A stretch of 24,000 bases of DNA from Prosthecomicrobium pneumaticum (lineage in GTDB: Bacteria > Pseudomonadota > Alphaproteobacteria > Rhizobiales > Kaistiaceae), in contig NZ_JACHOO010000004.1 of assembly GCF_014199915.1 (NCBI RefSeq), positions 18,024 through 42,023 on the forward strand. Reading direction: 5' to 3'. A model generated the notes under the pieces. That model was given only the letters and a program-made list of their open reading frames with translations. It made no database searches and was not told where the DNA came from. Made by a program: the position numbers and the translations under genes. Below, in pieces: positions 15,066 through 22,228 of the stretch (positions are counted from its first letter, which is position 1; each line of letters starts with the position of its first letter).

Positions 15066-16710
15066 GGGGGGCTCCTTGCGGGCGGGAAGGTGTCTCGCCG
15101 TTCCGGACCGGCGGACCGTTGCGTCCGGGACGGTGCGGGGCGGGGGCAGGGGTGGGCTCCGCGGCGCCGATGGCGCGGGCGCGGCGCCGTCCGCCGGCGA
15201 CGGCGAGCGGCAGGGCGGCGAGGAAGAGGGCGGCCGGCAGCTCGACCGACCACAGCGTCCGCTCGGCCGCAGCGGCGGCCTTGCCCGCGAGCGCCGCGCG
15301 GGCGGCGTCGCGATAGGCGGGGTCGACATGCCAGGCAGCGGCCGCGTCGTCCGCGCCGGCCGCCAGCGTCACCGCGCGCGGCGTCTGCAGGCCGCCGCCG
15401 GACAGCGTCACCACCGTCCGGCCCGTCTCGTGCGCATCGAGGAGGAGGTCGCCTTCCGTCTCGACGGTGAGCCGGCGCTGCTCGGTCCAGCGCGCGGCGA
15501 ACGGGCCGGGATTGCGGGAGGGGTTGAAGCCGACCGGCAGCCGCCCGCCGGCGAGCGCCGCGACCGCGTCGAGGGTGAGCAGGGCGGGGTGGTCCGTCTC
15601 CGGCGCGTCCCGGGCGATCGACCACACGGTCACCACGCGCCCGCCGCGCTGTTCGGTGCGGGCGGCATCGGCCGCGAGCGGGATCGCGGTCTCTGCGGCG
15701 GGCGGCAGGGAAACGACGAGCCGCGGCCCGCCCGCCATCTCGAAGGCAGCGCTGCCGCGCGGGCCACCGGTGCCCTCCACACCGGCGAGGAGCGGCGCGC
15801 GCGCCGGCACGGAGGGCGTCCCGACGGGCGCGAGCGTCGCGAGGCCGAGCGCGATTACGGTGAGGCCGGCGGCGCCCGCATGACGGAGCTGTGCGGCGCG
15901 GCGCGGCGCGGGCCGCAGGCGGGCCGGCCAGAAGAGGACGAGCGAGACCGGCACGAGATAGGCGAGCCAGCCCATCCCCTCGATCAGCCGGGGATCGGCC
16001 GGGATGCCGAGCACGCCGGTGACGAGCGCAGCGCGCACCGTCCCCGGCGCCACGAGCGCGGAGAGATCGAAGAGCCGCTGCTGGCCGCCGAGGAGCCAGC
16101 CGGCCTCGTGTGCCGAGCGGAGCGCGGTGACGACGAGGCCGGCCGCGACGAGGATCAGGAAGACGCCGGTCACCCGGAAGAAGCGGCCGAGAGGGATCCG
16201 CACGCCGCCGGCATAGATGCCCCAGCCGATCGCGCCGGCGAGGACGAGGCCGATGAGCGCGCCGGACGCCGCCCAGGCGGCCGATTGCGCCGCGGAGAGG
16301 GTGGCGAGGAGGAAGACGCTCGTCTCGAAGCCCTCGCGCAGCACGGCGAGGAAAGCCATGGCCGCGAGCGCGAAGGCGCCGTGCCGGCCGATCGCCGCCG
16401 CAGCGTCCGCCTCGATCCGCCGCTTCATGTCGCGGGCATGGCCGTTCATCCAGACGATCATGCCGGTGACGAAGACGACGGCGATGGCGCCGATCACCGC
16501 CTCCATGCCCTCCTGCGCGGCCTGCGGCAGGCTTTCCTCGACGCGCTCCAGACCCAGGCCGACGGCGAGCGAGAGGAGGAGCGCGAGGCCGACGCCGGCC
16601 CACATTGCGGCGAGGCCGCGGCCGTTGCGGCGCAGGAAGGCGGCGATGATGCCGACGATCAACGCCGCCTCGAGGCCTTCCCGCAAACCGATGACGAGGG
16701 TGGTGAGCAT
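15055..16710 (-). CDS. efeU: FTR1-family ferrous iron permease EfeU with a ~290-aa C-terminal extension
   Basis: Track ORF 15055..16755 (TTG start); I prefer ATG 16710 (MLTTLVIGLREGLEAALIV). There are two REGxE iron motifs (REGLE, REGFE) in a 7-TM core of about 263 aa. This is followed, with no stop, by two more hydrophobic helices flanking a ~190-aa non-hydrophobic segment. The third-codon position is almost all G/C through the extension. It overlaps the efeO start by 11 nt. Confidence 0.9.
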   Translation of the reverse strand: MLTTLVIGLREGLEAALIVGIIAAFLRRNGRGLAAMWAGVGLALLLSLAVGLGLERVEESLPQAAQEGMEAVIGAIAVVFVTGMIVWMNGHARDMKRRIEADAAAAIGRHGAFALAAMAFLAVLREGFETSVFLLATLSAAQSAAWAASGALIGLVLAGAIGWGIYAGGVRIPLGRFFRVTGVFLILVAAGLVVTALRSAHEAGWLLGGQQRLFDLSALVAPGTVRAALVTGVLGIPADPRLIEGMGWLAYLVPVSLVLFWPARLRPAPRRAAQLRHAGAAGLTVIALGLATLAPVGTPSVPARAPLLAGVEGTGGPRGSAAFEMAGGPRLVVSLPPAAETAIPLAADAARTEQRGGRVVTVWSIARDAPETDHPALLTLDAVAALAGGRLPVGFNPSRNPGPFAARWTEQRRLTVETEGDLLLDAHETGRTVVTLSGGGLQTPRAVTLAAGADDAAAAWHVDPAYRDAARAALAGKAAAAAERTLWSVELPAALFLAALPLAVAGGRRRARAIGAAEPTPAPAPHRPGRNGPPVRNGETPSRPQGAPHAT

Positions 16711-16837
16711 GCCGTTTCGCCCGTTGCCGTGGCGGCGCCGCGCCTCCTGCCGCAAGGACAGGCGAAGGCAGGCGCAGTCGTCGGCTGGTTTATAGGCCCG
16801 GTCCCGGCGGTCGGCAATCGCGGTTCTTTATATTCGT

Positions 16838-16872
16838 TCCAGGATACATTGTATATGCCGTCCAGAATACAT
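16838..16872. promoter_or_regulatory. Two 12-bp direct repeats TCCAG(G/A)ATACAT spaced 23 bp apart, in the AT-rich island upstream of efeU; candidate regulator binding sites
   Basis: Read directly: tccaggatacat 16838-16849 and tccagaatacat 16861-16872 (11/12 identical). The first overlaps a small dyad ATACA-T-TGTAT (16844-16854). They lie 128-162 bp upstream of the efeU ATG, in the only strongly AT-rich patch of the window. Confidence 0.3.
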
Positions 16873-17251
16873 AGAAACGGCGACATTTTGTCCGGAGAGA
16901 CAAGAAATTCTCAGTCTATCGAAGTGCTCCGTGCCGGGGCGACGTTGGAGGCCGCGGCGGGTCGCTGCGGCGGCAGGACGATCGGGCGGCGGGGGAGGCG
17001 AATGACGCCCCGCCGGCCGGTGCGCGGGGGGAGGAAATACCGGCCGCGGCGGCCCGCGCGCGCGGCCGCAACAAGATCGTGCCGGCGCCGGCGCACTGAC
17101 CTCCGCCTCACCATCGATTCACGGCATCGCCCGCCGCGGATGTCTTCGCGACGCCCGAGGGCTCGACCGCCTCGTGCACCCCCGCCATGGCGGAGCCGCT
17201 GTCGCGATGCGCGCCGTCGCCTCTTCGAACGCGCTGGACAAGCGAGAGAAA

Positions 17252-17273
17252 AGAGGTCAGACTTTTGACCTCT
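17252..17273. promoter_or_regulatory. Inverted repeat AGAGGTCA-N6-TGACCTCT upstream of the GntR gene; candidate HutC-type operator overlapping a TTGACC -35-like hexamer
   Basis: Read directly: perfect 8-bp arms with a 6-nt spacer, 72-93 bp upstream of GTG 17345. HutC/GntR operators are short dyads built on GT...AC cores (GGTCA/TGACC fits). No U-tract follows, so it is not a terminator. Confidence 0.35.
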
Positions 17274-17344
17274 GTGGACTGATTGACGCGGTCCCGAGCG
17301 AGTGCGAGCCTTTGGGCATCGCAACCGATCGGTGAGGAAGAAAC

Positions 17345-18130
17345 GTGGATTCGAGCCATTTTCAGGAGCTGGCGGCGAAGATCTGGGCGCCCGGTTCGCC
17401 GCGCGAGGATCTCGTCCAGCGCGTCGCCAACGCGCTGCGCGAGCAGATCCTGTCCGGCAAGCTGAAGGGCGGCGGCCGGCTGGCGCCCGAGGCCGTGCTC
17501 GCCCGCAATCTGTCGATCAGCCGGCCGACCCTGCGCGAGGCGATCCGCGTTCTCGCCCGCGAGGGCCTTCTCGATGTCCGGCACGGCGTCGGCACCTTCA
17601 TCGCCAGCGAGCCGAAGCCGATCCTGGGCTCGCTCGAGATGATGCGCTCGATGACCGACCTGATCCGCTCGGTCGGCGGCGAGCCCTCCGTCGCCGATCT
17701 CGAGATCGATCTCGTCGCGGCTTCCCCGGCCGTCGCCGGAGCGCTCGGCCTCTCCGCCGGCAGCGAGGTGACCCACATCTCGCGCGTCCGGCTGATCGAC
17801 GGCGCGCCGCTCGCCTTCTCGCACGAATATCTGTCGCTCGCCTCGCCGGAGGAGGATTTCCAGACCCTCTCGGCCTTTGACGGCTCCTCGCTCTACGAAT
17901 TCCTGCGCACCGCCTGCGGCCATCCGATCTCGCACAGCCGGGTGCTGATCACCGCCGTCGCCGCCGATGCGGCGATCGCCAAGCGGCTGCAGTTGAAGCG
18001 GAACGCGCCGCTCCTTCTGGTGCGCGAGACGCATTTCGACCTCAACGGCCGGCCGGTTCTCTACGCGGTCAGCTACCACAATTCCGAAGTCGTCGAGTTC
18101 ACCTCGCTGCGCACGGGGCGGCCGGCATGA
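17345..18130 (+). CDS. GntR family transcriptional regulator, HutC subfamily (UTRA effector domain)
   Basis: 261 aa with a GTG start preceded by GGTGAGGAAG. wHTH LAPEAVLARNLSISRPTLREAIRVLAREGLLDVRHGVGTFI. The C-terminal ...THISRVRLIDGAPLAFSHEYL...LYEFLRTACGHPISHSRVLITAV...LLLVRETHFDLNGRPVLYAVSYHNSEVVEF matches the UTRA pattern. Confidence 0.9.
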   Translation: MDSSHFQELAAKIWAPGSPREDLVQRVANALREQILSGKLKGGGRLAPEAVLARNLSISRPTLREAIRVLAREGLLDVRHGVGTFIASEPKPILGSLEMMRSMTDLIRSVGGEPSVADLEIDLVAASPAVAGALGLSAGSEVTHISRVRLIDGAPLAFSHEYLSLASPEEDFQTLSAFDGSSLYEFLRTACGHPISHSRVLITAVAADAAIAKRLQLKRNAPLLLVRETHFDLNGRPVLYAVSYHNSEVVEFTSLRTGRPA

Positions 18131-19035
18131 CCGCCTTCGCCACGCTCGGCAATGTGACGATCGACGATCTGGTCTTCCCGGACGGCTCCACCATGTGGCG
18201 GACGCCGGGCGGCAACGCGATCTATTCCGCGCTCGGCATTGCGCTGTGGGGCGAGCGGCCGGATGTGGTCGCGCCGGTCGGACCCGACTATCCGGTCGAG
18301 GCGCTCGCGGGGCGGGTCGACCTGTCGCGCTGCCGGCCGCTCGAGCGGACGCTGCGCAATTGGGGCCTCTACGAGGAGGACGGCACCCGCACCTTCACCT
18401 TCCGTTCGGCGAGCCGGAACTGGCATGCCTTCAGCCCGACGGCCGCCGATATCGACGGCGCGCGCTATGCCCATGCCCATCTCGCGCCGCTGCCCTGGGA
18501 CCTTCATATCGCCTTTGCGGAGCATCTGCGCGCCGGCGGCGCGGCGGTGATCTCGGTCGATCCGGACGATCGCCATCTCGATGCGGTGCCTCCGGCCGAT
18601 CTGAAGCGGCTGCTCGCGGCGATCGACCTCTTCCTGCCGAGCCTGCAGGATGTTGCCGCCCTGATGCCCGGCCGCTCTCCGGCCGATGCCATCCGGGCGC
18701 TGCGCGACATCGCCCCCGATCTGCCGCTGATCGCCGTCAAATGCGGCCAAGAGGGCGTGCTGCTGCATGCCGCCGGCGCCGCCGATCTGGTGCGGGTCGG
18801 CACCGCGGCGCAGACCGTCGTCGACACGACGGGCGCCGGCGACGCCTTTTCCGGCGGCGCGCTCTATGGCTTCGCCCGCACGCGCGACCCGGTCGAGGCG
18901 GCGCTCTTCGGCTCCGTCTCCGCCTCCTATGCGGTGGCGACCCACGGGCCGGACGGCCTCCTCGCCGCCGTGGCCGCGGAGGCCGAGGCGCGCCGCGCGC
19001 GGCTGCGTTCGACCGTCGAGACACGACCGATCTAG
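18127..19035 (+). CDS. PfkB-family carbohydrate (ribokinase-like) kinase
   Basis: 302 aa. N-terminal GNVTIDDLVFPDG...GGNAIYSA and the C-terminal anion-hole/ATP motif VVDTTGAGDAFSGGALYG. ATG 18127 overlaps the gntR stop (ATGA). Confidence 0.9.
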   Translation: MTAFATLGNVTIDDLVFPDGSTMWRTPGGNAIYSALGIALWGERPDVVAPVGPDYPVEALAGRVDLSRCRPLERTLRNWGLYEEDGTRTFTFRSASRNWHAFSPTAADIDGARYAHAHLAPLPWDLHIAFAEHLRAGGAAVISVDPDDRHLDAVPPADLKRLLAAIDLFLPSLQDVAALMPGRSPADAIRALRDIAPDLPLIAVKCGQEGVLLHAAGAADLVRVGTAAQTVVDTTGAGDAFSGGALYGFARTRDPVEAALFGSVSASYAVATHGPDGLLAAVAAEAEARRARLRSTVETRPI

Positions 19036-19084
19036 ACCGCGGGTCCGCCGGCCGGCGAACCCGTTCGATGAAGGGAGAAACGAA

Positions 19085-20245
19085 GTGGACAACGAAAAGG
19101 CGGTGATGCTGCGCGAGATCGCGATGCAGCCGGCATTCGTGCGCGACAATCTCGACGGCATGCTCGACACGATGCGCGGCGTGCTGGCGGCGCGCGAGCC
19201 CGGCACGCTGCGGCACGGCTTCATGATCGGCTGCGGCGACAGCTATTTCGCCGCCATCGCGGTGCGCAGCTTCATGATGAAGGCGACCGGCCTGTTCGTC
19301 GAACCGGTCGAGGCGCTCGAATTCTCCCGCTATCTCGTCGAGGACCTGCCCGACGACAGCTTCGTCTTCGGCATCTCCAATTCCGGAACCGTGTCGCGCA
19401 CCATCGAAGGCGTCCGCCTCGCCCGCGACCGGGGCGCCTGGACCTTCGCCGTGACCGTCTCCGCCGACAACAACCTCGCCAGGGCGGCCGAGACGCTGAT
19501 CAAGGTCAATGCCACCCCGAACATCAAGATCCAGGCCGACGGCTCGCGCGTCGTGACGCCCGGCACGATCACCTATACCGGCAGCATGCTCGGCCTCTAC
19601 GCCGCGGCGATCGCCTTCGGCGAGCGGGTCGGCCGGCTCGACGCCGCGCGCTCGGCCGCGCTGGTCGCGGAGATCCGCGCCGTCGCCGACGCGATGGCGG
19701 CGGCCGACGCGCCGACCGCGGCACGGGCCGCGGCGGTCGCGGCCTCCTTCGGGCGGGACCGGCAGACGGTCATCCTCGGCGGTGGCCCGAACTACGCCAC
19801 GGCCCATTTCGGCGTCGCCAAATGGTTCGAATCGCTCACCCGCGCCGCGCATGTCTCGCAGCTCGAGGAATGGGCGCACGAGCAGTATTTCATGACCGAC
19901 GAGACGGTCGACACCATCATCATCCTGCCGCCCGGCGCCGGTCACAATCGCGGTCTCGAACAGGCACAGGCGGCCCGCGACATGGGTTCGCGCGTCGTCA
20001 TCATCGGCGCAGAGGACGATGCCGCGGCGGAAGCCGCCGCCGACATCTATTTCCCGATGCCGGCCGGCATTCCGGAATATCTGACGCCCTTCGTCTACAA
20101 GCTGCCCTTCGAATACCTCTCCTGCCGGATCGCCCACGAGCAGGGCATTCCCTTCCTCGGCTTCCACGACAGCCGCCGCCAGGAAGTGAACTTCCGCCAG
20201 ATCTTCCATTCCTCGCAGACGATCGTCACGGCGGTCGGCCGATGA
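19085..20245 (+). CDS. Double SIS-domain protein (GlmS-isomerase / AgaS / FrlB-like sugar-phosphate isomerase, deaminase or deglycase)
   Basis: In-frame part of track ORF 18767..20245. Start GTG 19085, preceded by GAAGGGAGAAAC (alternative ATG 19106). First SIS domain: FMIGCGDSYFAA...VFGISNSGTVSRTIEG. Second SIS domain: VILGGGPNYATAHFGVAKWFE...IIILPPG. The C-terminal ...PFVYKLPFEYLSCRIAHEQG helix is as in GlmS/FrlB. Confidence 0.85.
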   Translation: MDNEKAVMLREIAMQPAFVRDNLDGMLDTMRGVLAAREPGTLRHGFMIGCGDSYFAAIAVRSFMMKATGLFVEPVEALEFSRYLVEDLPDDSFVFGISNSGTVSRTIEGVRLARDRGAWTFAVTVSADNNLARAAETLIKVNATPNIKIQADGSRVVTPGTITYTGSMLGLYAAAIAFGERVGRLDAARSAALVAEIRAVADAMAAADAPTAARAAAVAASFGRDRQTVILGGGPNYATAHFGVAKWFESLTRAAHVSQLEEWAHEQYFMTDETVDTIIILPPGAGHNRGLEQAQAARDMGSRVVIIGAEDDAAAEAAADIYFPMPAGIPEYLTPFVYKLPFEYLSCRIAHEQGIPFLGFHDSRRQEVNFRQIFHSSQTIVTAVGR

Positions 20246-21048
20246 CCCGCCTCGTCGACTTCATCCGCAAGGGCGGCAAGCCGGTCGTCGGCATGATCCA
20301 GCTCGGCCCGCTGCCGGAGAGCAGCCGCTGGCGCGGCGGGCGGATCGCGGACGTGCTCGAGCCGGCACTCGCCGAGGCGGAGCTCCTCGTCGAGAACGGC
20401 ATCGACGCGCTGATGGTGCAGAATCTCGGCGACGTGCCGGTCGCCGCCCGGGTGACGCCGGTCCAGGCCGCCTGGATGACGCGGGTGGCGAGCGAGATCA
20501 CCGCCCGTCACGACGTGCCGGTCGGGCTCAATTTCCTCGAGAACGATGCGGAGGCGATGTTCGCGGTCGCCTCGGCGGCGAACATCGATTTCGTCCGCAT
20601 CAAGGTCTATGTCGGCGCGATGCTGACGCCCTTCGGCATCGAGGTGGCGGAGGCGCACACCGCGATCAAGCTGCGCACGCGCTGGAACGCCGAGCACGTG
20701 GCGATCTTCGCCGATGTGCACGACCGCACCGGCACGCCGCTCGTCTCGGGCGGCCTCGCGGAGGATCTCGACTTCGCCGTCCGTCTCGGCGCGGCCGATG
20801 GCCTCGTTCTCACCGGCAAGTCCTATGCCCAGACGCTCGATTATCTCGGCACCGCGCGCCGGGCGCTCGGTGCCGTGCCGATCCTCGTCGGCGGCAGCGT
20901 CAATGCCGGCAACTGGCACGAGGTCACCGCGCTCGCCGACGGGGCGATCGTCAGTTCCTCCCTCAAGACCACCGGTGCCGCGACCGGCACCTTCGACCCG
21001 GAGCGCGTCCGCGCCTTCATGGCGGCCGTGCGCGCCCCGGCCGCCTGA
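20242..21048 (+). CDS. BtpA/SgcQ family TIM-barrel protein (function unknown)
   Basis: In-frame part of track ORF 19822..21048. ATG 20242 overlaps the SIS stop (ATGA). MTRLVDFIRKGGKPVVGMIQLGPLP...AELLVENGIDALMVQNLGDVP...GLNFLEND...DFVRIKVYVGAM...GLVLTGKSY...PILVGGSVN is the BtpA-family motif order as I recall it. Confidence 0.75.
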   Translation: MTRLVDFIRKGGKPVVGMIQLGPLPESSRWRGGRIADVLEPALAEAELLVENGIDALMVQNLGDVPVAARVTPVQAAWMTRVASEITARHDVPVGLNFLENDAEAMFAVASAANIDFVRIKVYVGAMLTPFGIEVAEAHTAIKLRTRWNAEHVAIFADVHDRTGTPLVSGGLAEDLDFAVRLGAADGLVLTGKSYAQTLDYLGTARRALGAVPILVGGSVNAGNWHEVTALADGAIVSSSLKTTGAATGTFDPERVRAFMAAVRAPAA

Positions 21049-21109
21049 CACCGAACAAAGACAACAAGAAACCGACTGCCTTCCAGAGATATCGAAGAAA
21101 GGGAACTCC

Positions 21110-22165
21110 ATGCTGAAGTCGATCCTGAAGCTCGGCGCCGCCGCGGCGTTTGCGGCGGCCCTCCTCTCCTCCGGCGCGGCGCAGGCCAAGCTGCGCGTCG
21201 CGATGATCACCTCCGAATCCGGCCTCGGCGACCGGTCGTTCAACGACATGATGGTCGAGGGCATGAAGCGCGCCGAGAAGGACTTCGACGCCGAATATGT
21301 CGTCGTCCAGCCGCGCGCCGTTTCGGAGTTCCAGTCGGCGATCGCCCGCGCCGCGGCGCAGGGCTTCGACATCATCGTCGGCTCGTCCTTCGACATGATC
21401 AAGCCCATGCAGGAAGTGGCGAAGGCCTTCCCGGACCAGAAGTTCGGCCTCGTCGATGTCGGCCCCGATCCGCTCGGCCCGAACATCGTCTCGACCGTCA
21501 CCAAGGATTGGGAAGGCTCCTTCCTCGTCGGCTGGATCGCGGCGAAGACGACGAAGACCGGCAAGATCGGCTTTGTCGGCGGCAAGGACATCCCGATCAT
21601 CCACCGCTTCTTCGTCGGCTACTATTACGGGGCGAAGATGGCCAATCCGGCGACCGAGGTGTTCGAGAGCTATTCCGGCACCTTCACCGATCCGGCCGCC
21701 GGCAAGGAATACACGCTCGCCTTGATCAACCAGGGCTCCGACATCAACTTCGCGGTGGCGGGCGCGACGAGCGCCGGCGTCATCGACGCGGCGAAGGAGA
21801 CCAAGACCTTCGCGATCGGCGTCGATTCCAACCAGAACTACATGGCGCCGGGCAATGTGCTCACCTCGATGGTGAAGCGCGTCGACAACCAGGCCTACGA
21901 CATGGTGAAGTCGGTCTCGGACGGCACCTTCAAGGGTGGTGAGGTGAAGTATTACGGTCTCGCCGAGGACGGCGTCGCGGCCGCGATGGACGACAACAAC
22001 AAGGGCCTGATCGCCGATGCCGTGCTCGCCGATGTCGACACGCTGAAGGCGAAGATCCTCTCCGGCGAGATCGTCGTGCCGAACTATTTCGACCTGACGC
22101 CGGGGCAGAAGGAGATGGGCACGCCGCCGATGGCGACGCCGCCCTCGGTCGCGAACGCGAAGTAA
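21110..22165 (+). CDS. BMP-family (PnrA/Med-like) ABC transporter substrate-binding protein
   Basis: In-frame part of track ORF 20714..22165. ATG 21110 follows GAAAGGGAA. Sec signal MLKSILKLGAAAAFAAALLSSGAAQA. ...VAMITSESGLGDRSFNDMMVEGMKRA...KIGFVGGKDIPIIHRFFVGYYYGAK...FAIGVDSNQNYMAPGNVLTSMVKRVD is typical of BMP/basic-membrane-protein binding proteins. It has an unusual Pro-rich C-terminal tail. Confidence 0.88.
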   Translation: MLKSILKLGAAAAFAAALLSSGAAQAKLRVAMITSESGLGDRSFNDMMVEGMKRAEKDFDAEYVVVQPRAVSEFQSAIARAAAQGFDIIVGSSFDMIKPMQEVAKAFPDQKFGLVDVGPDPLGPNIVSTVTKDWEGSFLVGWIAAKTTKTGKIGFVGGKDIPIIHRFFVGYYYGAKMANPATEVFESYSGTFTDPAAGKEYTLALINQGSDINFAVAGATSAGVIDAAKETKTFAIGVDSNQNYMAPGNVLTSMVKRVDNQAYDMVKSVSDGTFKGGEVKYYGLAEDGVAAAMDDNNKGLIADAVLADVDTLKAKILSGEIVVPNYFDLTPGQKEMGTPPMATPPSVANAK

Positions 22166-22228
22166 TCCGCCCGAAGCTCGGCCCGGCCGCGGCGGCAACG
22201 CCGCGGCCGCACACGGGAGGACTCCGCC

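Noticed and set aside
16800-16925. Search for known alphaproteobacterial iron-regulator boxes upstream of efeU: Irr ICE TTTAGAA-N3-TTCTAAA, RirA IRO TGA-N9-TCA, and a Fur/Mur dyad.
   Set aside because: Only partial resemblances were found. AGAA-T-TTCT near 16896-16904 has the wrong spacing, and ATAGAAAC is a single half-site with no partner. Nothing here is good enough to call from memory of the consensus sequences.
14704-17268. 854-aa plus-strand ORF opposite efeU/efeO, running into the intergenic spacer.
   Set aside because: It is antisense to the efeU/efeO coding frames, which have the REGxE and HxxE motifs. The translation is Arg/Gly/Glu-rich junk, and it continues through the AT-rich island without any start context.
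16911-17324. 137-aa minus-strand ORF in the efeU-gntR spacer. Its distal half has fairly high GC3 (~85% by hand count).
   Set aside because: The translation is about one-third arginine (…RRRRASRQRLRHGGGARGGRALGRR…VRRRSVRRRRH…). It has no hydrophobic core, signal or motif, it starts inside the gntR promoter region, and it has no ribosome-binding site. I kept it only as part of the 'empty spacer' finding.
17174-17335. Small plus-strand ORF (53 codons from GTG 17174, or 42 from ATG 17207) ending 9 nt before the gntR start; possible leader peptide or uORF.
   Set aside because: GC3 is only ~69% by hand count, against >85-90% in the real genes here. There is no Shine-Dalgarno motif before either start. 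The dyad at 17252-17273 lies inside it, which fits a promoter/operator region better than coding sequence.
502-20245. Recurrent ATGA (4-nt) start/stop overlaps at eight gene junctions: 502, 1410, 2264, 3621, 10416, 11336, 18127 and 20242.
   Set aside because: These are real and useful as operon evidence. However, this is ordinary translational coupling in GC-rich bacteria, so it is not reported as a finding in its own right.
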